DNA from: an uncultured virus (IMG/VR IMGVR_UViG_3300001346_000004)
Taxonomy: Duplodnaviria; Heunggongvirae; Uroviricota; Caudoviricetes
Virus record (IMG/VR): IMGVR_UViG_3300001346_000004
DNA length: 64,000 nucleotides
Reading direction: 5' to 3' (one strand)
Shown here: piece after piece, positions 39,694-50,600 of the stretch
How the letters are laid out: every line of letters starts with the position of its first letter
Numbering within the stretch: the first letter of the stretch is position 1
Notes under the pieces: generated by a model
Told to the model about the DNA's origin: nothing
The model's input: only the letters and a program-made list of their open reading frames with translations
Databases searched by the model: none
Program-made: the position numbers and the translations under genes

Positions 39694-40866
39694 ATGTCAC
39701 AACTATTAGAGTCACGCTGGTCAGAAACCAAAGACGCCCTTTTAGAAGGGTTAAATGGTAACAAGCGTACTGTTATGGCAACCACTCTGGAAAATACCCG
39801 TAAGTATTTGTCAGAGAGTGCTACAGCAGGTGCAACTTCTGCCGGCAACGTCGCAACACTAAATCGCGTCATTTTACCAGTTATCAGACGTGTAATGCCA
39901 ACTGTCATCGCAAATGAATTAGTTGGTGTTCAACCAATGACTGGACCAGTAGGACAGATCCACACGTTAAGAGTACGTTATGCAGATAACTTTACTTCAG
40001 CGTCTGGAACGAATGCTACTGCAGGTGAAGAAGCATTATCACCTTTCAAAATTGCTGAAGGTTATTCAGGAAATGATGACATCAAGGCTGGTTCTACTGC
40101 ATCTCTAGAAGGTGAAGCAGGAAACAGACTGTCAATTCAAATCTTGAAGCAAACTGTTGAAGCCAAAACTCGTAAGTTATCAGCTCGCTGGACTTTTGAG
40201 GCTGCTCAGGATGCACAAGCACAGCAAGGGATTGATATCGAGGCTGAAGTAATGGCTGCGTTAGCGCAGGAAATTACTGCTGAGATCGATCAGGAAGTGA
40301 TTACTTCTTTATCAACATTGGCTGGTACAGCCGCATTAACATACGACCAAGGCGCAGTGTCAGGTACTGCTACTTTCGTTGGTGATGAACACGCAGCACT
40401 TGCAGTTCAAATCAACAGAGTTGCTAACTTGATTGCACAGCGTACACGTCGTGGCGCAGGTAACTGGGCTGTTGTTTCACCAACAGTATTAACTTTGTTA
40501 CAATCTGCTACAACTTCAGCGTTTGCAAGAACAACTGAAGGTACTTTTGAAGCACCAACAAACACTAAGTTTGTAGGAACTTTAAACAGTGCGATGAAAG
40601 TGTATGTTAACGGTTATGCTACATCAGACGATGTAATTGTTGGTTACAAAGGTTCAAGCGAATCAGACGCAGCAGCGTTTTACTGCCCATACATCCCATT
40701 GATGTCAAGCGGTGTGGTTCTTGATCCAGGCACTTTTGAGCCAGTAGTAAGTTTCATGACAAGATATGGTTATGTAGAGTTAACAAACACTGCATCATCT
40801 CTTGGTAATGCGGCAGACTACTTAGGTAAAGTGGCTGTAACATCAGCGAACCTAAGATTTGCGTAA
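39694..40866 (+). CDS. gp23: Major capsid protein
   Basis: LPVIRRVMP..IA.ELVGVQPMTGP.GQI..LR, AKTRKLSARWT.EAAQD, EI.AEIDQE, FYCPYIPL, DP.TFEP...FMTRYG. Confidence 0.96.
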   Translation: MSQLLESRWSETKDALLEGLNGNKRTVMATTLENTRKYLSESATAGATSAGNVATLNRVILPVIRRVMPTVIANELVGVQPMTGPVGQIHTLRVRYADNFTSASGTNATAGEEALSPFKIAEGYSGNDDIKAGSTASLEGEAGNRLSIQILKQTVEAKTRKLSARWTFEAAQDAQAQQGIDIEAEVMAALAQEITAEIDQEVITSLSTLAGTAALTYDQGAVSGTATFVGDEHAALAVQINRVANLIAQRTRRGAGNWAVVSPTVLTLLQSATTSAFARTTEGTFEAPTNTKFVGTLNSAMKVYVNGYATSDDVIVGYKGSSESDAAAFYCPYIPLMSSGVVLDPGTFEPVVSFMTRYGYVELTNTASSLGNAADYLGKVAVTSANLRFA

Positions 40867-40892
40867 GCAATAAACTACACTTTACAGTGTTT

Positions 40893-40923
40893 AAAAGGGC
40901 GGCATTTATGTCGCCCTTTTTTT
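40893..40923 (+). terminator. Intrinsic terminator after capsid gene
   Basis: AAAAGGGCGGCA-TTTA-TGTCGCCCTTTT followed by further Ts. Confidence 0.9.
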
Positions 40924-40953
40924 ATGACTTGACTTTGAGTGTTAAATATACAT

Positions 40954-41226
40954 ATGCTTGAAATAAAAAGTCATGAAGACTTTAACAAATTACGAGACCA
41001 ATTAACTAAATGGCGTAAACGCTTTCCTATGTTTACACATGATATACGGTCAATACAAAACTCAATAGAAGTTCATATGAAAAACTATATGGATTTTTTG
41101 ATCAAGTACAAACAAACAAAGAAAGACAGATATATAGAATCTGCACAAAGCGAAATAGATAAAATCAATACGCTAATGAACACTATTAGTAAAGTTGAAC
41201 TAATGGCTTTACTGAGTAAAGGATAA
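40954..41226 (+). CDS. Hypothetical helical protein (90 aa)
   Basis: ATG 40954 lies 5 nt after TAAATA (40943-40948); the track's upstream GTG start would precede the promoter. Confidence 0.6.
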   Translation: MLEIKSHEDFNKLRDQLTKWRKRFPMFTHDIRSIQNSIEVHMKNYMDFLIKYKQTKKDRYIESAQSEIDKINTLMNTISKVELMALLSKG

Positions 41227-41333
41227 ATACTTGTGTCAGATAGCGAGCCGCATAATGTGGCGGACTTATGCTGTTTAACCCACAGCGTACCGGATAGAAC
41301 CCGGATGGGACTACTTTTTATAGGAGAAAACAA
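41224..41333 (+). promoter_or_regulatory. Late promoter plus three-hairpin structured 5' leader
   Basis: TAAATA 41224-41229; stems GCCGCA/TGTGGC, TATGCTGT/ACAGCGTA, CCGG/CCGG; AGGAG SD. Confidence 0.6.
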
Positions 41334-41783
41334 ATGGGAAGACCACTTAACAAAAGATTATTCGGAACGCCAACAGCGGCTGGATCTGAAATCAAAGTCA
41401 ACTTTCATAACGACACAGCAGTTAAAGAAGGTTATATCGTAAAGCAAAAAGGTTCAAAGAAATTTGTATGCGAAGAAATTGAAACAGCAGGCGAATATAC
41501 TTGTGTGCTAACAACTGGTAAATTACCAGCAGCATTAGCAGCAGGCGAAATGTCAATTTCATTCAAAATGGACGATGCAGAAACATACACAGTAAGTAAA
41601 ATTTCTGGGAAGAAAGCAACACTATCAGCACCTAGTGCAACAGGTACTAACTTGTATGACGGTGTTACTGTTCCTTGGAACTTTGCAGCATCTACTTCAG
41701 ATGGCGCAGCACAAGTTGAAGAAGCAGGTGACGACAACACATTGATCGGCACTGATGACGACGACTTCACAGAAGACGCATAA
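41334..41783 (+). CDS. Virion structural protein (possible head decoration)
   Basis: Strong SD, late promoter; MGRPLNK start; paralogous to the next gene. Confidence 0.7.
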   Translation: MGRPLNKRLFGTPTAAGSEIKVNFHNDTAVKEGYIVKQKGSKKFVCEEIETAGEYTCVLTTGKLPAALAAGEMSISFKMDDAETYTVSKISGKKATLSAPSATGTNLYDGVTVPWNFAASTSDGAAQVEEAGDDNTLIGTDDDDFTEDA

Positions 41784-41795
41784 GGATAACTGAGG

Positions 41796-42158
41796 ATGGA
41801 ACCACCAATTAATGTATTTTGGGATTTCTTAAAAAATCTAAAAAACTTGGTTGTTTCAGTTAAAATTGAAAGTGCTAAGGCGTGCCATAACGGTAACGTC
41901 TTAGCACAAATTTCAAACTCAGAGTTTAAGGTAGAAGATAAAGAAGGAAACGTAGGCGTTTGTAAACTTGTTAAAAAACAAACAAGTGAATTAAAAGATA
42001 ATGAAATGACATTATCAGGATTAGTATTAGAATCAAGTGTTTGGGTTTTTATAAAAGAAATTATTGATAACGTAATGAAAGATTTTGTAAATATAAACTA
42101 TAACTGGGAAGTTGATGATGATTCATCTCAACGTATAGTTTTACTTAAAGGTATTTAG
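41796..42158 (+). CDS. Diverged paralogue of 41334-41783
   Basis: Shared G.V/I..Q.....F......G...C.L......L...EM.I/LS pattern. Confidence 0.65.
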   Translation: MEPPINVFWDFLKNLKNLVVSVKIESAKACHNGNVLAQISNSEFKVEDKEGNVGVCKLVKKQTSELKDNEMTLSGLVLESSVWVFIKEIIDNVMKDFVNINYNWEVDDDSSQRIVLLKGI

Positions 42159-43139
42159 ATGGGACAGTTTCTACAAACAAACGGTGATTATAACATCAAA
42201 ACTAAAGAAGGCGGCGTTGTTAGACTAGACGTTGGTCCTCCAAGTTCAGGCGGACAAGTAATTGTTACTTCTGATCTTATCGTTGAAGGTGACACACTTA
42301 CTGTAGAAGCAGAAAACCTAAACGTAAAAGATAATATAATACAATTAAATTTTGGTGAAACAGGCGCAGGTGTATCTTTAAGATATTCAGGTTTACAAGT
42401 AGATAGAGGCAGTCTTAATCCTGCTTCATTCTTTTGGGATGAAAATGACGATTCATTTAATTTAGCAACAGGTAGTCCTGAATCAACATTTAATTACAAT
42501 ACTACTTTAAGATTAAAAAAAATTACAACAGATACGTCTAGTCCTGATCTAGAACTAATAGGTTATGGCCAAGGTGTTATTACAGTTACAGGAACTACAG
42601 ATTACGAAAATCAAATTACTGATGATGACGATATTCCAAATAAAAAATATGTAGATGATTCTATTAGAGACAATCCAACTTTCCAAATTATCGATGATAA
42701 TACAAGAGTTATTGTTACAGATAAAGAAGTAACAGGATCATTACAATACTTAATTGACAATACAGGTTACAGTTCATATAGCGAAAGTGCTGTAAGCGTA
42801 TTGGTTGATAACACACTTAACACACAATTCTATGCAAATAGAGCATTAATACAAGGATTAGAATTTAATCAAAGTGAACCAGGAAGTCCTACTATTACTG
42901 TAAACAACACCAATGATAGTATATTTTTACAGACAAACGGAACAGGTAAAGTAAGATTAAATTACGGTTTACAGTTAGATCAAATTGCTGTTGATCCTGC
43001 ATATATTCCAGATTCAACAGTACAATATTCTAAGCAACCTGGTATTGGTAATACTGGTTTATACTATAGAAATACTAATAATGACACTGATGAATTGATA
43101 AGTAAAAATAAAGCATTGCTGTTTAGCATGATATTTTAG
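42159..43139 (+). CDS. Virion fibre/structural protein
   Basis: L.V.DNIIQLNFGETGAGV....SGLQVDRG motif typical of phage fibre shafts; hydrophobic C-terminal helix. Confidence 0.65.
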   Translation: MGQFLQTNGDYNIKTKEGGVVRLDVGPPSSGGQVIVTSDLIVEGDTLTVEAENLNVKDNIIQLNFGETGAGVSLRYSGLQVDRGSLNPASFFWDENDDSFNLATGSPESTFNYNTTLRLKKITTDTSSPDLELIGYGQGVITVTGTTDYENQITDDDDIPNKKYVDDSIRDNPTFQIIDDNTRVIVTDKEVTGSLQYLIDNTGYSSYSESAVSVLVDNTLNTQFYANRALIQGLEFNQSEPGSPTITVNNTNDSIFLQTNGTGKVRLNYGLQLDQIAVDPAYIPDSTVQYSKQPGIGNTGLYYRNTNNDTDELISKNKALLFSMIF

Positions 43140-43148
43140 GAAAAACAA

Positions 43149-43517
43149 ATGATTAATAACCAACAATTAACTACTACAAGTGACACAAAAGTTTTTACAG
43201 CATCAACTACAGGTGCCGCTCTTGGCGGTGCAGTCACAGCACAAAATAGGGCTGTAACAAACATTATACTTTGTAATACAGGCGCAGTTACTATTACAGA
43301 CGAATCAATTAACAGAACTGAAGTTGATTTATATCTAGTAAAACTAGGTGATGCACCTGTTGACGCAAATAAAATAGTATCAAGTGTAACTGTTCCTGCA
43401 GGTGAAACTGTATTTTTTAGCGATGAGAAAATTATATTAGACGGCGGCGATGAAGTATGGGTAAAGGCGGCAGATGCAAATCTAATCACAGTTACCGTAA
43501 GTTCATTACCTGTATAA
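43149..43517 (+). CDS. Small beta-sandwich adaptor-like virion protein (family copy 1)
   Basis: Similar to 46949-47281 and 61131-61460. Confidence 0.65.
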   Translation: MINNQQLTTTSDTKVFTASTTGAALGGAVTAQNRAVTNIILCNTGAVTITDESINRTEVDLYLVKLGDAPVDANKIVSSVTVPAGETVFFSDEKIILDGGDEVWVKAADANLITVTVSSLPV

Positions 43518-43527
43518 GGATGAATAG

Positions 43528-44076
43528 ATGAGATTTTTAAAATCACAATACGTATCAAAATATAGTCCTAACGATAATACTGTTAGAGTAAATTCTTATG
43601 GTAGAGGCGTAATGGATTTTAACGGTGCTGTAATGATTCCAAAAGGAACAACTGCACAGAGACCACAATTGACAGGTGTTAGGCATCCAATTGATGGTAA
43701 CGGTTATATAAGATACAACATTGATAATGATGCAGTAACTGGACAGCCTATTGGAATAGAAGCATATGTTGGTGGTGCTTGGCAAGTTGTAAGAGGTCCA
43801 GCAGTTGGAGCAGTATCAATAGAAACACTAGGACCTGGAGACGCTACAGAAACAGTGTTTGGTCCATTATCAAAAGTTCCTGCAAGTGCAAACAATATTA
43901 TTGTGCTTGTAGAAAACGTAATGCAGATACCTACAACAAACTTTACATTAGAACAGAGTGCAGGCGGAAGTCTTGCAGGACCGGGCAGCCCATATGCTGA
44001 CGGATGGTATTTAAAATTTACCTCACCAGTTCCACTTGCTAAGAATGTAACAGTGTTTACTGGTTTTGCTAACTAG
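43528..44076 (+). CDS. Virion structural protein
   Basis: IPKGTTAQRP...G.IRYN fibre motif; C-terminal GD..ETVF...IIVLVENVMQ.P small domain. Confidence 0.65.
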   Translation: MRFLKSQYVSKYSPNDNTVRVNSYGRGVMDFNGAVMIPKGTTAQRPQLTGVRHPIDGNGYIRYNIDNDAVTGQPIGIEAYVGGAWQVVRGPAVGAVSIETLGPGDATETVFGPLSKVPASANNIIVLVENVMQIPTTNFTLEQSAGGSLAGPGSPYADGWYLKFTSPVPLAKNVTVFTGFAN

Positions 44077-44086
44077 GGGGTAGTAA

Positions 44087-45760
44087 ATGTCACAATTGGG
44101 GCGAATCACTGGTCCGTTACTAAACGCAAACCTACACCGTGACGATATTGATCTTAAAATTTCAAACACAACGTTTGATGCTACTCCAGTATTATTTTTT
44201 GATGTTGGAACTTCTACTGTAGGTATTAAAACTGATGATCCTAATTCTGACTTTGCACTTGATGTAAGAACTGATACCTTAACAACTAGACTTCAGGTAG
44301 ATGATACAGCAAAAATAGATAACGTTTTAATTAAAGCACCTAATACTTTTTCAACAGTTGTTGGCCCGTTACATATTTTACCAACAAAAACTGCTGGAAG
44401 TTACATGAACTTCCAAAGAATGCGTTCAGACGATTTAGAATTTAATGATAATACAATAAGTGGAATCATATCTAATCAAACTATAGAATTAGATCCAAGC
44501 GGGACAGGAACAGTTGAATTTACGGCTTCTTCAAATATTTACGGTACCTTAGGAGTTACTGGAAATATTACTATGGATGGAAACTTAACAAAACTTGGCG
44601 ACCTTACTATTGGAGATGAATTATATAATCCTGATGTGGGAGGCGGCTCAGGAGATGTTGTTGAGATTATACCAGACTTTTCTCAATCAATTATACCGGG
44701 TGATGACAACACATGGGATTTAGGAACAGGAACACTTGTTGATAGTTCTGTAAGAAGATGGAACAATGCTTATATTACAGATAATCTAGTAAATGTAGAT
44801 ACTCCGTTACCATTAGAAATAAGAGTAAGCGATCAGCAAAAGTTAGACGGTGTAAATAATGAAATCTTTTCGTTACAAAGTAACGATGATTTAGTTCTTG
44901 CACCTGACACAGGTATCAATATAATTGAATGGACTCAGTGGAACGAGATTACTGCTACAAGTACGTCAGCCAGTATAAGCGGGTCCACACTTACAATAAG
45001 TGGAACAATTGTAGGTACATTTGTACCGGGAATGTTGTTAACTGGAGTAGGTATTATACCAGGAACTATTATTACTGGCACTTCAACAGGAAGCGATAGT
45101 GCAGGAACGTATACGGTTAACTTTAATTATGACGGATCAGGATCAAGACCTGCACCTACAGGAACAATATCCGTATCAGGTGCTACTGATGCAATAACAA
45201 ATCTTACTGATATAGGTGGTGGACCTAGAGAATATCCAGAAACTCCATTGACATTTGCTGGTACAGGAATAGGTTATTTACGATTTACTGATACTAACAC
45301 ATTTTTAGTTCCTGCTGCTGGTAATGCAGATAGACCAGCACGCCCTGAACTTGGTGATAGTAGATGGAATACCGATAGAAATATTTTAGAAGTATTTGCA
45401 GGAACAATAGAATCTGTTACAGGAATTGCAGTTGTTACAGGATTACCCAATCAAATAACAGCAGGACTTACAGGTACAACAAACGGGAGTGGAGTTGATG
45501 CTGAATTTACTATTAGTATAGCATCTGGAGCATTAACTACTATAACAATTACCACAGTAGGGCAAGGTTATATTACCGGTGATTTAATTACAATTCTAGG
45601 AAGTTCTCTTACAGGTGGCTCAACACCTGCTAACGATATTATACTAACTGTAGGCGCACAAACCGACGAAGGATATCAATTATCAACTGGTGGTGGTGCT
45701 GAAGTAGACGTTCCTCTTATGGAAGATCTTAGTGACGTATATAGCCTTATGCTTGGGTAA
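44087..45760 (+). CDS. Fibre-like structural protein
   Basis: N-terminus LGRITGPLLNANL.R paralogous to 45877; C-terminus SLMLG. Confidence 0.7.
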   Translation: MSQLGRITGPLLNANLHRDDIDLKISNTTFDATPVLFFDVGTSTVGIKTDDPNSDFALDVRTDTLTTRLQVDDTAKIDNVLIKAPNTFSTVVGPLHILPTKTAGSYMNFQRMRSDDLEFNDNTISGIISNQTIELDPSGTGTVEFTASSNIYGTLGVTGNITMDGNLTKLGDLTIGDELYNPDVGGGSGDVVEIIPDFSQSIIPGDDNTWDLGTGTLVDSSVRRWNNAYITDNLVNVDTPLPLEIRVSDQQKLDGVNNEIFSLQSNDDLVLAPDTGINIIEWTQWNEITATSTSASISGSTLTISGTIVGTFVPGMLLTGVGIIPGTIITGTSTGSDSAGTYTVNFNYDGSGSRPAPTGTISVSGATDAITNLTDIGGGPREYPETPLTFAGTGIGYLRFTDTNTFLVPAAGNADRPARPELGDSRWNTDRNILEVFAGTIESVTGIAVVTGLPNQITAGLTGTTNGSGVDAEFTISIASGALTTITITTVGQGYITGDLITILGSSLTGGSTPANDIILTVGAQTDEGYQLSTGGGAEVDVPLMEDLSDVYSLMLG

Positions 45761-45774
45761 TTTTTCCTTTTTGC

Positions 45775-45876
45775 TAAATACTATTGTTAACGAGGACCGG
45801 CGTTAACTTTTTACTGTGGTCAACTCGCAATGTAAGGTAGTTGGAGGGACAGGATCCCCGTGTAAAAGGAGAGCAA
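45775..45876 (+). promoter_or_regulatory. Late promoter plus structured leader with terminator-like hairpin
   Basis: TAAATA 45775-45780; GTTAACG/CGTTAAC stem + T5; CTGT/ACAG and CAACT/AGTTG stems; GGGA/TCCC. Confidence 0.55.
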
Positions 45877-46944
45877 ATGGCGATTGGTCGTATAAGTGGG
45901 CCGCTCTTAAAAGCAAATCTAGTGCGTAACGGCGTGGATTTAACTTTTAGAAATGGAGCAACAGACCCTGATATTTTGTATGTTGATGTAAACAATGCTC
46001 GCATTGGTGTCAACAATTCAGCGCCTACAACCGATTTACACGTAACAGGTACAACAAGAACAACAACACTAAGAGTTGAAAACGACATTGATGTTGGTAA
46101 TTTAAATATTACTGGCAATACAATTTCAAGCGATTTAGACACAATTAACTTTGCGCCTGCTGGTTCAGATCCAGTAATTTATCATTCAGTAGTAAACGTA
46201 GATGATTTACAAATTGAAGGTAATACAATTTCAACAACTAATTCAAATGCAACATTAGAATTTAGACCAAACGGAACAGGAACACTAGAAGTATTTGCAT
46301 CAACAAACATAGACGGTGACTTATATGTTAGCGGCAATGTAAATGTAGACGGCAATGTTACAATAGGCGGCAATATTACAATTGGTGACGCACTTACAGA
46401 TTCAATACAAATTAATGCTGCGATTAAAAGTAACCTTATACCTGAACAAGACAACACATTTGATTTAGGTAGTGCAGCATTTAGATGGAAAAATTTACAT
46501 GTCAATAACTTGAATGCAGACCTGCTTACATTGTCTACATTAGATGTAGGTAACTTAATATTTCGCGATAACCAGATTACAACAACAACAAATCAAGACT
46601 TACACATTGATGCTAATGGTACTGGTGGTGTAAGATTAGGAAATTTAAAAATTACCGGAAATGTTATTACAAACGTTGAACCAAATGCTATTACACAAAT
46701 TGCACAAACTGGTAACGGATATTTTAAAATTGCAGGTACAAACGGCTTTGTTCCTCCCAGAGGTAACACAGCACAAAGACCAAGTACATACGCAGTAATA
46801 GGTATGACAAGATTTAACACAGATACAAACGCATTAGAAGTTTGGGCAGGGACGTCATGGGCATCACCTGCAGGTGCTTCAGGTGCTGTATCAGAAATTT
46901 TAGCAAATGATATTTCAGCATCGTTTGCACTAATGTTAGGATAA
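45877..46944 (+). CDS. Fibre-like structural protein (355 aa)
   Basis: ATG 45877 after AGGAG; MAIGRISGPLLKANL; VPPRGNTAQRP; ends ALMLG. Confidence 0.75.
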   Translation: MAIGRISGPLLKANLVRNGVDLTFRNGATDPDILYVDVNNARIGVNNSAPTTDLHVTGTTRTTTLRVENDIDVGNLNITGNTISSDLDTINFAPAGSDPVIYHSVVNVDDLQIEGNTISTTNSNATLEFRPNGTGTLEVFASTNIDGDLYVSGNVNVDGNVTIGGNITIGDALTDSIQINAAIKSNLIPEQDNTFDLGSAAFRWKNLHVNNLNADLLTLSTLDVGNLIFRDNQITTTTNQDLHIDANGTGGVRLGNLKITGNVITNVEPNAITQIAQTGNGYFKIAGTNGFVPPRGNTAQRPSTYAVIGMTRFNTDTNALEVWAGTSWASPAGASGAVSEILANDISASFALMLG

Positions 46945-46948
46945 TAGG

Positions 46949-47281
46949 ATGCCAACAGTATTTAAAAACGAAGTAGTAACTGGAGTAGGAAAAACTCCTG
47001 TAGATATATTACAGATTATCTCAGGTGTAAGAGCAACAATAGTAGGTTTGAACTTAGCAAACACATCAGACTATGATATGGCTGTAGTGAATGTTTACGT
47101 AATAGATGAGTCATCTACCGTTGCAAACTATGCTAGACAAATTCCAATACCCCCAGGATCTAGTGCAAAAGTTATTACCAACGGTGAAAGATTAATACTT
47201 CCTGAAACAGCAGGATTAAGATTAGAATGTGATACAGACGATTGTATTGACGCTAGTATCAGTTACGTGGAGATATCATAA
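46949..47281 (+). CDS. Small adaptor-like virion protein (family copy 2)
   Basis: Paralogue of 43149 and 61131. Confidence 0.65.
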   Translation: MPTVFKNEVVTGVGKTPVDILQIISGVRATIVGLNLANTSDYDMAVVNVYVIDESSTVANYARQIPIPPGSSAKVITNGERLILPETAGLRLECDTDDCIDASISYVEIS

Positions 47282-47643
47282 TGAGTACATATTACTTTGG
47301 TCAAAGTCCAGATAATGCACTAGGCGATAGTCCTCGTTATCTATATATGGTTAGACGAAACGACGATGGCGAAATATTTTTACGTCGAATTGATAACTTA
47401 GTAGACAAGGACACTGTAGACTTAAATTATCCTGGAGTACCAGAACAGACATTTGAAGATTTCGAACCTGGCATTGATTACTTTGACGGTATAGCAGCCA
47501 ATCACGAAACTAATTATGAAAATTTAAGATGGTCACAATATCGTTGGGATCAAAGAAGTATTTTGTATTATGTAGATAGCGAAGGAATGCTAGTACAAAG
47601 AATTAATCAAAATTATCAATACCCGCAAGGTACATCGAGCTAA
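47281..47643 (+). CDS. Hypothetical virion protein
   Basis: 120 aa, translationally coupled (TAATG). Confidence 0.65.
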   Translation: MSTYYFGQSPDNALGDSPRYLYMVRRNDDGEIFLRRIDNLVDKDTVDLNYPGVPEQTFEDFEPGIDYFDGIAANHETNYENLRWSQYRWDQRSILYYVDSEGMLVQRINQNYQYPQGTSS

Positions 47644-47654
47644 TAGGATAGAAA

Positions 47655-50600
47655 ATGGCAGAATTTAAAATAAGCAGACTTAGGTATACCTGGAGAAATA
47701 TTTGGAATACGTCAACATCTTATAACAAAGATGATGTTGTTCGATATGGCGGTTCAACATATGTATGTGTTAGACAACATACATCTTCAGCCTTCCAAAC
47801 AGATCAAGACTACTTAGCAAACCCAGGAGATACTGCTCCTACAGTTGCTTGGTTAAAGATGACCGACGGATATTACTGGAGAGGTAATTGGGCAGGTAGT
47901 ACACTTTATGCTTCTGGAGACTTAGTATTATACGGCGGTGTAGTTTATCTAGTAGCAACTAGTCATACATCAGACACAAATTTTATTACAAATGCTGATA
48001 AGGTAGCAGAATATGTATCGCTTTATGCCTGGACAGCCGATTGGGCAGCAGCAACAAGATACGGAATAGGTGATGTTGTAAGATACAACGGATTTGTTTA
48101 TAAATGTATCGCAGAACATACTTCAGGCTCAGTTGCACAAGGTGCTGAAATTGGAAACAGTGACGGACTAGATGATAGTACAAAAGAATTATGGGAAATT
48201 GTAAATGAAGGAATTCAATACGTAGGAACATTTACTGCCGCAACACGATACAGACCAAATGATTTAATGAAGTATGGTGGAAGTTTATTAAGATGTACTA
48301 TTGGGCATACTAGTGCCTCAACTATAGATAGCACATACTTTGTTACAGAATTGCCAGGTAATAATTTTTACCAAACATGGGCAGATGATGTTATGTATGC
48401 TGTTGGCGATGTTGTCAGACACGGTGGACATATCTTTATTGCAAATAAAAATAACAATGATATAAATCCTACAACAAGTTTATATGCTACACCTGATAGA
48501 AGTGTACCAAATGACGAATGGAAATTATTAGCAAAAGGTATAAATCTAGTAGGCGATTGGGCAGTAGGACAGAGTTATAAAACAGGAGACGTTGTTCGTA
48601 GAGGCGGATATGTTTATGTAGCAATTTTAGATACAGCAATAACTGATGACGGTAGTTCTTTAGATTATTTAGATGACAGTAACTGGGAAATTGTTTTGCC
48701 AGGTCAAGCATGGAGAAATGCTTGGACATCAGGTAGTCAATTTGAAATTGGTGATATTGCACTATATAGAGGTACAGCATATACTTGTAATGTTGCACAC
48801 ACTTCTAGTAGCGAAAACTTTCCAGGAGATAACGGTAGTGGATTTTCATACTGGGATATTCTATCTCTAGCAGGCGAAGGTGTAGGATTAAGTGTTCAAG
48901 GTGATTTATTAACTTTTGATTTAACACGCGGATTAGTAGGAGACGGTTCAACATTTGGAGCAACTTCTTTACCAATTGGAACAGAAGGTCAATTAGTTGC
49001 TGTTAACACTAGTGACAGTATAGAATATAAAACCTATGGTAATGTTCAAAAACTTATATATGTTAGCAATGATGGTATAGATGATTTAAATGCTAATAGA
49101 GGAATAAATCCAGAAAAACCTTACAAAACTATTAGATACGCTGCTGAAAGAGTAGCAGGCAGAGCCGATACCAACGAAACTATAATTAGAGTAAATGCAG
49201 GAACATATGATGAAGTATTACCTATCGTAGTACCGGAAGGTACTGCAATTAATGGAGCAGAACTTAGAACAACTACAGTTAGACCATGTAAGCCAGATGC
49301 ATCATTAGCAACTGATTTACCTTTCCATAAAATTGCATTAGATAGAATTTCAGATATAGTTGAGGCAGTTATTCAAAGAACAACAGTTTCACCGAGTGTA
49401 GGAAACACTGTATCTCAAGTAACTACTAATATAGTATTTCAAACAGTTCCTTATGTTCCACCGCAATATGAATTTGGTCCTGATGAGAATGGATTATATG
49501 GCCCAGAGCTTTTCCAAACTCCTTATATAGATACCACTATAGGTACACAGATACAAGATTTGATTGTTGACGACGTTGTACCTTATTTAGATTATTACCT
49601 TTCAAGTGTAGGCAGCAATCCAGTTATAACTGGTTCAAATACTAGAACTGATCATGTTGGGACTGAAGCGATCGCACAAGATTATGCTGTCGAAAATGCT
49701 AGACGAATATTCGAAGCAAATAGACTTTTTGTAATTGCTGAAGTAATTGCGTTTATGAAAGTAACGCAGCCAACTTACACTTTTGATGAAGCAGTATTAA
49801 CAGATATGCTGAATAGATATATAGACGCTTTTATATACGATACTACTTACGTTGGAAATTATGCTTCTTTTCAGGCTGCAAGATATTATAAAAATAAAGT
49901 TAACGGGTCTGACACTGAAGACATGTTTTATGTTAGAAATGCTACAGGCATAAAAGATTTTACACTTAAAAACTTATCAGGAACACTTAATCCACCAGAA
50001 GTTTTTGAATTATATAAAAGACCAACCGGCGGTGCATATATTTCACTTGATCCAGGTTGGGGTCCGGCCGATACAAGATGTTGGATTATGAAGCGTTCAC
50101 CATACATACAAAACTGTACAACATTTGGAGCAAATTGTATAGGACAGAAAATTGATGGTGCATTACATAACGGCGGAAACAAATCAATTACATCAAATGA
50201 CTTTACACAGGTTATCAGTGATGGTATAGGTGCATGGGTGTTAAACAATGGTAGAGGAGAACTAGTATCAGTGTTTACATACTACAATCAGATTGGTATG
50301 TTTGCAGAGAAAGGCGGAGTTATTCGTGCTACTAACGGTAACAGTTCATATGGTGACTTTGGTGCAGTTTCAGATGGTAACGATCCTACAGAAACACCTG
50401 CATTTGCAGAAGTTGACAACAGAACAGGACAAGCAATAGTTGCATCAGCGTTTGCTGGAGAAGTAAATGACGAAATACTAATACTTGAATATACAAACGC
50501 AGGCGAAAATTATACCCAGGCTGATTACACATTTGTTGGGTCTGGTGTTAATGCACAAGTTAAACAAGAAGATTTCCGCGATGATGCAGTTTTTGAAGCA

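Noticed and set aside
45781..45860. Twister or hammerhead ribozyme (GGAGGG motif)
   Set aside because: Lacks the twister L4 AAGC pseudoknot partner and the hammerhead CUGANGA/GAAA core
45841..45876. Track's upstream TTG start for the 45877 gene
   Set aside because: AGGAG precedes ATG 45877 and the paralogue's N-terminus aligns from there
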